A stretch of 64,000 bases of DNA from Sphaerodactylus townsendi (Eukaryota). The translations under genes were made by a program, and so were the position numbers. Under the pieces are notes generated by a model. It saw nothing but the letters and a program-made list of their open reading frames with translations, did not search any database and was not told the DNA's origin. This document shows, piece by piece, positions 12,989-24,700 of the stretch. The stretch's first letter is position 1. Each line of letters begins with the position of its first letter. The stretch covers positions 50,344,001 to 50,408,000 of the forward strand of contig NC_059432.1 of the NCBI RefSeq assembly GCF_021028975.2, in the 5' to 3' direction.

Positions 12989-13173
12989 CAGTGGTTTTCA
13001 ACCTTCCTAATGCCGCGACCCTTTAATACAGTTCCTCATGTTGTGGTGACCCCAACCCTAACATTTATCCATTTTACAGATGGAGAACACTGATGCAGAG
13101 AGTCTTAGGCGACCCCTGTGAAAGGGTTGTTTGACCCCCAAAGGGGTCCCGACCCCCAGGTTGAGAACCACTT
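12989..13173. mobile_element. SPIN (Space Invader; URR1-like) non-autonomous hAT MITE
   Basis: CAGTGGTTTTCAACCTTCCTAATGCCGCGACCCTTTAATACAGTTCCTCATGTTGTGGTGACCCC ... CTTAGGCGACCCCTGTGAAAGGG ... CAGGTTGAGAACCACT; TSD CTCTAGTT / CTCTGGTT. Confidence 0.9.
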
Positions 13174-13837
13174 CTCTGGTTATACTAATGGGAGCTTGTT
13201 AACCTTGAAAGCTTCTGCTTCATTTCAGGGTATCCATCTAGCTCGCAAAGGGACAGTGCAATGCTCAACCCTAGCAGTTTTCTGTAGAATTGTTTGGAGT
13301 GCATACAAACATGCCTTCCTGAATGTATAATCACCTTTAAAAAAGGAAAGATGTCATGCCTGGTGTAACTATAGCAATGTAGAGGAACCACATGAAGACA
13401 TTGGTTGAGATAACTGGTGTTTCTGTGCACTTGTTTGTCAGGACATGAACATTCTATGACTCTGTATATTCCTGTGGGTTACTGATTGCATCTATCAGGC
13501 CACAATATGGGCTTTGGACCTTCTGAACCCCTTCTAAACCTGATGTTCACAAAAGCATTTTGTCCATATTGACTTTTCCATGCAATCATGACTGAATATG
13601 TTTGTACGGGTAGGGTAATGTAATGAACCAACTGATAAAAGTACAGGAATAGGGTCAGGGGGAAAAAGGATTCCTAAGCATGTTCACTCCTCAAGTCTCC
13701 CTTTATGCTCAGTTGGTCTTATAGGTAAAATGCCACGCTATTACAGATGTGTAGTGCAGTCCTTAAACATAGTTCAAAAGAAGTAACTTGCACTCTGTCC
13801 AGTGAGACTTACTCTCAGGTAGGAATAAGAGGTGCCA

Positions 13838-14316
13838 TGTGGAGTCTTAAGCAAAAGAAATTCAGAACAAGCAATGGCCCTGAACTTCCCTGGAGCTGTG
13901 TTTGTGATCGCAAGGCCAGGAGCCAGTTGAGGAAGGCTGTCTTGTAAGCTTTGAGCCCAGCAGGGACTTTGATGGGGAGAGGAGTAGAACTCCTGGCAGA
14001 CTTGGACTTCAGAGTTTCCACTCTGGTTTGCCCCTTCCCTATTTAACCAGGCTGTTGCTAGGGCTTCACCTTCATTTGGTCCTTACAACCATGTGGCAGC
14101 TTGTGCCCATGTGGAATCTGGGTTTTGCCACTCCGTAGTTTACACCAAGCAGGTGGGCTGGGTGGATGGGGTAATATCAGGCGAGTCCCCCAATGCAGGA
14201 TCTGTTCTCATGCACCACTGCTTGTGCGGTTGTGTTCAATAAAAGCTGGGGCCTATTTTACCTGAACCTGGTCTGTGTTTTTGTTCTTCCTCCTCACCCT
14301 TCCTCCCTCCCTTGCA
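13838..14316 (+). mobile_element. Possible solo LTR
   Basis: TG...CA ends, TATTTAA at about 14040, AATAAA at 14238 followed by a T/C-rich U5-like tail. No clean TSD found. Confidence 0.35.
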
Positions 14317-14322
14317 TGTGGG

Positions 14323-14557
14323 TAGGGTTGTCAACTCCAGGTTTCAGAAATATTTGGAGATTTGAGGGTGGAGACTGGGGGAGACTAGTGTTTAGGGAGC
14401 GGAGGGTATAACGCCATGCGCTCCGCTTTCCAAAGCAGCTATTTTCTCCATAATACGTGAAATAAATGTTTTAAATGAAGTAAGCAATTTGTGCAGTCTG
14501 GACATCAGTAGTAATTCTGGGAGATCTTTAGTCTCCACATTGAGGTTGGCAACCCTA
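14323..14557. mobile_element. hAT MITE with TAGGGTTGCCA-type TIRs
   Basis: TAGGGTTGTCAAC ... GTTGGCAACCCTA; same family as 16139-16489. Confidence 0.7.
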
Positions 14558-15654
14558 TTCCTGGGACTGCAAAATTTGTCTTTAGACTATGGTGTGTTAT
14601 ATTTGGATGGAGTTTACACTTTGTTGATTATTTCCAATGCTTTGGGCTACTACCTACTATTAAAATCACTTGATATCTTAGCACTCCAACACCCTTGTTA
14701 CAAAGCATTTTACAGATCTGTCTGACATACCACGTGAACTTTTCTGTTATCTTTAAGATTGAAGGGATTCAGGACTGCAGTCCTATGTATGTTCATTTAT
14801 TATTAAAAATAACCTTAAAGACCAGACTTTCCCCATCACAGTTTGCAGTAGAGAGATGTAGTGAGAGAAGCTGTGTTGGTAGTGTTTTCTGTTTCCATGT
14901 AAGTTTTATAAGCAGAAGAGTCTGTCAGTACCGCTATTTGTTTAATGCCCGTTCCGGCCTGTCCTGGAGTGTTCCAGAGGCAATGTGACTGGAAAGGATT
15001 AATAAAAGTTCTATGTTTCTGAGTTCTATTTTCCAAAAAATTGATCTGGAGTGCCTTTAATACATCCCACTGTCCATATATTGGTATTTGTTTACTTGCC
15101 CATTCCAGTCTTTTCTGGCTTTTACCCTGTCCTCTCATTAAAATGCATTATTTATGGGTGAAAGACGATCTTATCCTATAAATGTTTATCAGTACAGGGA
15201 TGTTATTCATTTTGGATTAAACTGTATGAAATATTATTTGTATAATTCTATGAAATGGCCAGAACATTTGTTTTGGGTGTCTTTTAATGACAGCATTTGT
15301 GTCTTCCTGCTACAAGACGGGAAAAAAAATAAAAATCTGCTAGTAAGGTTTCTCCATCCCTGCATCCTGGTGGTAGGGAAAGCGGCCCTGATTCTAGGTA
15401 TGCTCTTATTCCAAAAGAAGCGTCGTTACGTTTCTCAGGGCTGGGAATCATTTCAGCCCCACTTCCGCTTGTATGTGGATACGGGTTCTGCACGGTTTAT
15501 AAAATGCGTGGAAAGGCAGAAAGATATCACGGGAGTTGACTTCAACGAGCAAACACTAGTCGGGTGTAGTTTAGCATGCATTATCTTCCACTAAACTGTC
15601 ATACAGACAGCATTACCACCCATCGCTAACAAGATTCAGTCTCACAGTGACGTT

Positions 15655-15738
15655 TTGCAAAGGAAGGAAGTGGCTGCCGGAAGGTGTAGCCAGTGAGCTT
15701 CCCCAGGAGGCGCTTTCCGGCGTTTTGCACTGAGCCTC
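15655..15738 (+). promoter_or_regulatory. SFXN4 core promoter region with clustered ETS/GABP-like sites
   Basis: GGAAGGAAGTG, CCGGAAG and TTTCCGG immediately upstream of ATG 15739, in a CpG-enriched patch. Confidence 0.5.
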
Positions 15739-18700
15739 ATGGATTGGAACTTGCAGTTCTGGCAAAGCGAGGGCAAAGTAGGACATTGGCATGGGTGAAG
15801 CGCCGGGGTAGGGGGTGGGAGCAAGGCTGCAGTCCCGTGGCGAAATCTACTAGCTAAGCGAGGCTGGCGTCCTCTGCACGGCTTAAATGGAAGCCTGCAA
15901 AAAGCAGCGAGGGCTGAATGAGTTGCAAATAGGGAGCTGCACTGAAAAGTCAAACTGCTTAAAACTGTGTACTTAAAACTTTGTACATTCCTCACCAAGC
16001 CAGCCCCACTAGAAATATCTGAACAATGCTTCCGAAAAAAGTTGTAAGAATGAATGGGATACGCGCGAAATTGCACAGAGGGACGTTGCGCACCAGGGTC
16101 CCGTTATTGTGTTCTAGAAATGGTGCAGCTGCTGAAGGTGGGGTTTCCAGCTCTGGGTTAGTAAATACCTAGAGATTTTGGGGATTGAGCCTGAGGAAGG
16201 CAGGGTTTGGGGGAAAGAAAGGATTTAAGTGGGGTATAATGTCATACATTCCTCCTTCCAAAGTTGTCATTTTCCCCAGGTGAACTCATCTCTGGCTCAT
16301 TCCGCACATGCAGAATAATGCACTTTCAAACTGCTTTCAGCGCTCTTTGAAGCTGGGCGGAATGGCAAAATCCACTTGCAAACAGTTGTTTGCAAACGCA
16401 TTATTTTGCATGTGCAGATGGGGCCTCTGTTACCTGGAGATGAGTTGTAATCCCAGGGCTCCAGTCATCACTGAAAGTTGGCAACCCTAGCTGAAGGTGT
16501 TGACATTCAGCTAATCAGTGACACTGGGATGCTAAAATTTAGGCAGAAACTGCTGTAAAATAGTAATCTTCTGCAGAGCATACATGGAACAAATCTAGGT
16601 TGGTGATTGTTGACTGTGGAAAAAAGAGCTGGAGAGCTACTAAGACATCTTAAGTGCATTGCTACGCTGAGTTTCTGCAGTTTAAATTCACTGTTAATGG
16701 GCTTAGGCTGGAGGATTGCTCTGCTCGTGTAGGAACTGCTGATACATCATTCTGTGTGGTAAAAACTTACCAGTTCCGTTAACTTTTTAAAGCAAATCTC
16801 TCATTTTTCTTTAGACTTTTCCCCAAAGATTTTATCACTGGATAGATATTTTAGACCCTTTGCTCTTACTTAAACCCACGGTAAGTTGTTTACATATTTT
16901 GAGTTTTGTCCCTTGACTTGCATATGTGACTGATGTAAGATTTGGAAACATTCTGAGAAGAACCTAGATTCTGAACCTCTTCGAAGGAATTCCAAGTGAC
17001 TGTTGTTAGATTTTTGTCTGAAACAAAGTGTTTCTTCTTCCAAGAAGATCTCCATTGATGGGTTTTCCAGTGAAAAATAATCCCCTTTCTTTTTATGTTA
17101 AAGAGGGGGAGATTAGAAACAGTTCTGGAGACCTTGTACACATTTTTTTGATATTTACTTAATCCTAATGATAGGGATTCCGGTCCATGCTTATTAGGTT
17201 TCCTACTGTAACAGCGGAATTGTGTTGTAACCCGCCCTGAGCCCTACAGTGATAGGATGGGATAGAAATCGAAAAATAAATAAAATAAAAGGGGAAGTTC
17301 TGTGACAGTAGAACTATAGAAATATAGGAACGTTCTAGAGCACTGTGGCGACACATGGTGTTACTTCCAGTTAATGTGGGCATTTCTACTTGAAGTATTT
17401 ATATTATGAATCCTAAGGATACTCAATGTATGATATGATTTATATTATGATTTATATGTATGATTTATATTATGAATCCAATGTATGATTTATATTATGA
17501 ATCCTAAGGATACTCAATGTATGATATGACATAAACATGTTGAGAGAGTCCTTGCCTTTTTCTCGTATGCTACTGGGAACTTTTTCTCCTGGGGAAAGCT
17601 TCCTCATCACCAGAATAGAGTTCAAGATATAATGCAAGTTGTACAAATGTTGACATTTGCAGCCTGGTGGATTACAGGAAAGAGGGAATGGAGAAGATAT
17701 TCTTTTCCACAGGAGCCTTTGGTTTGGCCTAATGCTACTTCCAGAATGGCTAGTTAAAGACTGAAGCAGACAATCAGCATGTGTGACTTCAAGCCTGAGT
17801 AAATGATTTAGGCCTGAAGCAGTAACTGTTTGAGAGTGACTTGAGATTTTGCATTCACAAGCAAAAACAAAAAAGTTCAGCTCCAGCAGTATAATTGGGT
17901 GCAAGGTTGTCAGGGAAAACAATAATTTATCTTGCTTTTTGTAATGCTTTTTTCTTCTAAATACAGAAGGAAATCGAAAGATCCAGAGCACTTTTACTAA
18001 CTAGTGGGCCAGACATCACAGAGTCCTTACAGAACGAAGAGGTATCTAATTTTCTTTTCCCAGTGTAATAATATTTTACATACATTGCTGTTGTTGTTAA
18101 TTGTCATTTTAGTGTGCTAAGTGCTTGTAGCTACCTCTGATCGTTTCCGCACGGCCACGCTGGGGGTTGGGTCGGTGTACATGACGCCGACCCAACCCCC
18201 CTGGGACCGTTTGCACGAACGGTCCTGGAAACTACCAGGAAGACGGTGCCGTGCTGCGCCGTCGCCCGATCGACGTACCTTCCCTGCAACCGTCCAGCGC
18301 GTCGCTGAGGCCAGGGAACACGCCCCCCTGCCCTGCGCGACCGCTCCGGAGTTGCAGGGCAGGGAGGGCGTGTTCCCAGGCCTCGGCGACACGCCGGACG
18401 GTCGCAGGGAAGGTAAGTCGATTGGGAAAGGGGGGAGGGATGGCGCCTTCCAGCTGCTGCCGTTTGCATGGCAGCGGTTGGAAGCCGCTGTTCCCAAAAA
18501 CCTCACTCGGGGAGCGAGGTTGGGAAACAGCGGCTTCGCGCCGCTGGGGAGGCATGAGGGCGGTGCGGCTGCAAAGCTCCCTGGGGACGGCATTTTTGAA
18601 ACTGAAGCTGAGAGGTGGAGTCTTACTTGGCCCATTCAGTGAATGCATAACTGACTGGATTTTGAAGTCAGGTACAGTAGACTGTGTGCTTTCAAAAATG

Positions 18701-21700
18701 ACAAATGGGTAAAATGTTGTTTTTCAAGGCAACGGAAAGATTATTTTCAGTCAATGTGCCCGGGATTGTTATCTTTTTTTTTTTAAATTAACACTGCCCC
18801 GTCCCCCATAAATGTGATTTTCACATGAGACTCAGTCTTCTTAAGGAACAATACAAAACCTTACCTGATCTTTAAAAGCTGCACAGATAGGTTTAATGTC
18901 AATGCTTGGTAGAATCTCAAGAATTGGAGGTAATTGTTAGGCTTTGGTTTCAGTTGTTAGAGGAGCAGGCTTCAATGCTCTGAGTAGCTTTTTTCTCCAT
19001 GGCCATCGCTATAGTAGAGTAGAATATTTTAATTTGTGAGCTTTGGATTTTAAAGTAGTGATAACACACACCACTTGTTTCAATCTCTCAGAGACACAAC
19101 ATCAGAGACTCGCTTACTTTATGTTCACTCAAGGCTGCTTGTACGGTCACTGTGTGTTATGCCAGGGAATCTGAGAGCCAGTGCAGATGCATACTCTGCA
19201 GAGCAGCCCATCCATCCCAGGGAAATACAGCCATGGGGAGGACGCTATATCTGAGTGCCTTTAAGGAATTGCTACATGCTGTTGAGAAACCCTGTGGAGC
19301 ATCTCTTCCTTGCTCAGCCCTGATCCAACATGTGTAATCATTTGGTGTATAGCAGCATTCCTGGAAGTGCTGCCTTTTTCATGGTTTAAACATTTGAAGA
19401 AGTTGTTTCAATTATATGTGTGTGTGTGGTTTTTTAAAAAAATAGTATACCTCATCAGTTTTCCTAGTTAGGAAAGTGGTCATCAAAGTGGAAATGACAG
19501 AGAAACAATTTACATAGCATGTAGGCCTGGGGGTCTCTAAACTTTTTGAGCCTTTGGAATTCTGACACAGCATGATGGGTGTGGCCACAAAATTGATGCC
19601 ATTGGAAGCAAAGATGGCTGCAAAATGATTTCTTTAGGTCACACAATGAAGATCTTTAGCCTTGTGGGGGCAGCTGCTGCCAAAGCAACATTTTTTAAAA
19701 TATGCACAGCCAATCAGAAGCCTTGCTGGGCAGCAGTCCCACCTGGCCACACCCATTTTCTAAAAACATTGGCAGGCACCAGAAAAGTTGTTAGTGGGTG
19801 TCATGGCACCCAAGAGGTACATTGGGGATTTCTGACATAGGTAATTATATGGCTGGAACTGCAAATGGTTTAATTACCAGATAATTTTAAACAAAATTAC
19901 TGAATAACAATTACCAAATAACAATAGTTTAATTACCAAATAGCACTTTGGTAATAGTTATTAAATTAATAGTGGGAATAGTAATTACTATAAGTTACCA
20001 AAAATGTTGCACATTATCTCTAAAGGTAATTTTTCACAATTCAGAGGACATATGTACATGTCTACTAAGACTATTCCAAAAAATGGTTTCTAAAATCTCA
20101 TTTTTCTAATTGTTTAGATTAAAGCAGCTGGGAAGTTAAGTTTGGTGAGTTTACAAAAATTCTAGGAATTCTTTCTCTTTTTTAAATTTTCTGATAGTGA
20201 TTACCTGATTCATTAGGGTATTGTGTGTGTTTGTTTTTCCTTCAAGGCCTCTGTGAATCCTGTCACTGGCAATATAATTCCTACTATATTTCGACCACCA
20301 GGTCAGATTTACTAAAAATACATTACTCATTTTTTTTCTGCTTTAAAACATTTATGGCCCAATCTTGGGGGCGGGGAGGGAGTGGAAAGCAACTCCTGGA
20401 GACATTAAAGAAGCGGACGAAGGAGGAGGTATTATACTAATGAGCAAAAAAGACTATTTGTTGGAAATTGAGAAACAATTTCGTAATGAAAGATATTGTA
20501 AAAGATGGGATGAGGATCCAACAGAACATATTATGTCCATCAGAAGGATTACAGTCCAGGAGTCCAATGTTTTGGGACACACCTCAGACCAGTAGGCCGC
20601 TTTTCATATCAAACAATTTCCCAAAATTCCAGTATTCTATACTGTACCCAAGATACACAAGTCAGGATTCCCTGCTCCAGGAGGACACATCGTATCTCGG
20701 GTCGGGGTCCTCTTTAGAGCCGTTGGCTAAATATTTAGATTCATTCCTATAGCCATGGTTATTGAAAATCCAGAGCTTTCTTAAAGACATCAGGGATTTT
20801 ATTGGCAATGGAGGAACTTTACTTGTAACTTTAGATGTAGGTGCACTATACACAAATATACCCATCAAGAATTAAGATCAGTTAGTGAAAACATTCTTCG
20901 TAAGAGGGAAATTCAGGAGCCACCTATTTTTTTTTCTTCTGGAACTGCTAGATATTATATTAGAAAATAATTATTTTAGGTTCCAAACAAATGGGGTTAG
21001 TATGGGTAGTGCCATGCACCAAGTGCAACTTGTCTTTTCATGGTGCATCTTGAGGATATCTAGATTTGCAATCCACGCTACAATCCATTTTGGGAGAATA
21101 TCTTGATCTACAGGAGATTCATTGATTATATATTCCAAGTTCTAGCTAAAGAAGAGTAGTTACCAGCATTCCTTGAACGGATTAATAATTTACATAACGT
21201 AACATTTACATAACATAACATAAATGCATAGCCTCCTATTCTACTAGGGAGGTAATTTTTTTAGATACCCAGGTGTTTAAAAAGGAAGTATAAGCTGACA
21301 GTAAGAACTTACAAAAAGCCAACTGATATGTCCATGGAGTTACATTATAAATCTTTTCATCCCAAACACCTTGGGGATAGCTTACCTTTCAGTCAGTTAT
21401 TATGTTTAAAACATAACTCTAGTGAAGAGAAAGACTTTATAAAGGATGGTAAAGGTCTGTTGAATATTTATTGTTCTAGAGGATGCCCAATAGGAGGGCA
21501 TAATAAAACCCGGAGCAGAGTCAAAGGGGTAGAAATATCAGCATTATTCAAATCTAAAAGTGTTAAGCAAAAAAACCAGACTAACTTTTGCTCTAAACCA
21601 TACCCCATTAGCTGGATCCATCTCAGCTATAATAGGCAGACACCGGCATTTAATAAGTAATATCCCAAGATGTGAACAATTGTCCAGAATAGGAATGAGG

Positions 21701-24700
21701 AATAAAGAAAATTTCAAGCAGCTTCTCATAAGATCAGATATGATGCCAATTCCAGAGGTGAGACTTACCACACAGAAACATTTCTCCTGTGGTCACTGCG
21801 CAGCCTGTCCCTTTTCTTTGTTCATCAAAGAGTTTAGACACCCAACTAATAATTTTGTCTGGAAATTTGAACCTTTTTTCACCTTCCAGACAAAAAAATG
21901 GCGTTCATGCCATTTTATGCCCTTGTTCAAAAATTTATGTAGAAACGTGCCAAAGATCTGTCAAAACGTGAATTTTGGAACACAGATCCAAGATTAAAAA
22001 TAAATAATTGGATGTACCCTTGGTGGTTCATTTTATTCAAAATATCATACAGAGAATGATAATACACTCTGCATTTTGCACAAATATGAAATACATTTAT
22101 ATACAAAAATAGACATTAAAAGCGCCTTTTTCAGACAGAAACTAGAGGGATTTTTTTAGGTTAAATACAGTTCAGCCAGCAGGAGTAAGTGGGAATATGG
22201 AGTGTCATAGCTTTTTATAATCCAGTATGGAGAATTTATATATAAGTTATGTCAGGATCTAGAAATAAAACTAGAAAAGTGTAATTGGGTATTTTTCTAT
22301 ATGTGCAGCAACACCCAGGTGATTCTTTAGTGCCAGACTAATTGCATCCGCACAGCTAACCTTAAGACAAGACAAAAATGCACTTTTTGGCTTTTATACT
22401 CATATAAGAAGTTTTCACAAGAGGTTTATTTATGGACCTTTTTTAGATCAATGTATAATGTTTAAAATGCAATATTTATTACCTATTTATATAATCGGTA
22501 TTTATAATATTTTATTGGATTTGTGTACAAATATTCATACATTTATAAGATAGCCAATTACTTATCTGATGTACATTTGCCTGTAATACTATTTCTCACA
22601 GTTCTTAGTGACTGAGGCAACAGCAGAGTAACAGCTACAAGCCTGAAAGCTGAAGAAGGGGCTTGTTTCTCTGCAAAATGGGATTTATTATACTGGTTGT
22701 CTCAGTCTGGCTATTTATAATCATACAGAAAGTGACTGAAGGAGCTAGTTTGACTTTTTGTATTCCTTAGGGGTCTAGCTCACATTGACTTTCTTTATTG
22801 TCTGTTTCACCAAATATTGTCTGTAAGATTTTGACTGAGAAAGCTGGATTGATTGTACATACCCTTTCTAGTACCAGCTTACCTCATAAATTGCTATAGG
22901 AGCTTTTATCCTATGTTTGTAAGATTATGTTTCAATCTGTATTGTTTACTAGTGCACTCACAGCCCATGGCTTTTGTTTCAATATAATTGGCATTGCATT
23001 CATTTCCAGTGAGTTTTGTAACTTTGCATATTAGCCAGGGCACACTAAATCATGATTGAATACGTGTCTTGCCTGGTACTTTGTTTTTGTACTCTCTTGA
23101 AAATTAATACTTGTATTCTGTGGAATTTTGCTGCTATAGAAAAAAAATGCTCTGTTTAATCAACAATTTTTGTGTACCAGATGACCAACTTTTGCATTTA
23201 CAGACCACATAAAACATTCCCATTTTCTTATACTGAGTTCTGTCCAGCCATCCACTCTTATTTAGATACTTGTTTGGATTTGCTCCTTGTGGTTAAAGTA
23301 TGGTTGTGCTTGTGACACACAGAGGCAATGGAACTCACGGAGCCTAGTGCAAACACAAGCATGCTTTTCATGAAGTTTTTTTTCTCTCTTCATTTACCTG
23401 AGCTAACCCTTTGCTTCCTTTCATCACAAACCACATTGCCTCAGAGTTTTCCCAGAAGGTCAGCTCAGTGGTTCTCAATTAGCATTCTTGGGATGGATGG
23501 ATGCAAAGGGTCATGTTGGACTTGGAGCAGAACTGGACATCAACCTCAGCTTGAGGTGCAAGATCTAGAGTCAAGGCTTCTTTTGAAATGCTGTTGTATA
23601 TTGTTGGTTTGCTTTTCCTGTTAGGCCACCAAGAAAGCCTTCACAACAGCTGATTTCACTAAATAACCGTTATTTGTTTTTCTTCTTCAAAGCTTTCCTG
23701 CCAGTTACTGCTCCATTGGTGAGTAATGATGGAAGTTTCCAGCATGTCAGCTCACTATGTTTCCTGAACTTTACAGGACTTGCACGAAGAATTCAAGTGG
23801 GATGAAAAGATTGTTTCCCTTCCCTAAAAGGCAGTGCCATTTACTCAATAGGTCCTTTCCACACGCTGTCTAACAGTTTATGCTGTCAAGTTCATATTAC
23901 TGTTTGCCACAAACAGAGTTGTTTTCAAGGACAGACCCATGTGGAACATGTCTCAGAAGTCAAGTCTCAAGGTTATTGTAGCGTGAATAATTGTAGTCAG
24001 ATCAGCTGGCTCCAGAAGAGAGTGCCACCTCTGCACCAAATGCAGGTGATGAAAGGTGTTTTTTGATCCCGTACCCTTTTTTCCATCAACAGGACAGGGT
24101 CTAACAAACCTACCACTGAATCAGCCAGTGAGTACGTCATCTCATTCAATGTTAGCAAAACAGTCCCTTCCAGAACATCACCCATACTAACCAGTTTCAC
24201 CTCCTTCATTATGTTTCACTTTACTCATTACCAGAAGTGGTATAGCACCTTTATGATGTGTAATGCTGGCCTTGGGCAAGCGTTCCCAATCTTTTAAAGC
24301 CTGCAGGCACCTTTGGAATTCTGACATGGCATGGTGGGCACAACTGCCAAATATTGCCACAGCTCACCTTCAGTCAGACATTTGAAGATCCATGTGCTGG
24401 TGCAGCAGCTACTGCCCAAGCAGTGTTTTTTAAAAATTTGCACAGTCAAATCTCCAGTGGTCAGTCAGAAGCCTTGCTGGGCAAAAGTTTCACCTGGCCC
24501 CACCCACTTGTGAAAAACACTTGATAGGCACCAGGAAAGGTGGTGAAAGGCACCATGGTAGGGTCCCATGGCCTAGCGTGTGTTTTGCTGGCATGAAAAA
24601 TAAGCATGTTGTCAGACTGGTCACATGGCTCACTTACTTTAGTTGTTAGTGTAGGAACGGTCATTCCGCAGTGGCTTCTCTCACTACTGCTGGTAAGGTA

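Noticed and set aside
17401-17530. Short direct repeats with varying intervals (ATATTATGAATCC.., ATGTATGATTT)
   Set aside because: Local slippage duplication in a vertebrate intron; not a CRISPR array.
18117-18712. Five overlapping long ORFs on both strands
   Set aside because: Artefact of a GC-rich palindromic MITE.
22649-22683. Hammerhead-like CTGAAGA in the 3' part of the Penelope element
   Set aside because: The GAAA core is degraded (GCAAAATG), so a ribozyme cannot be supported.
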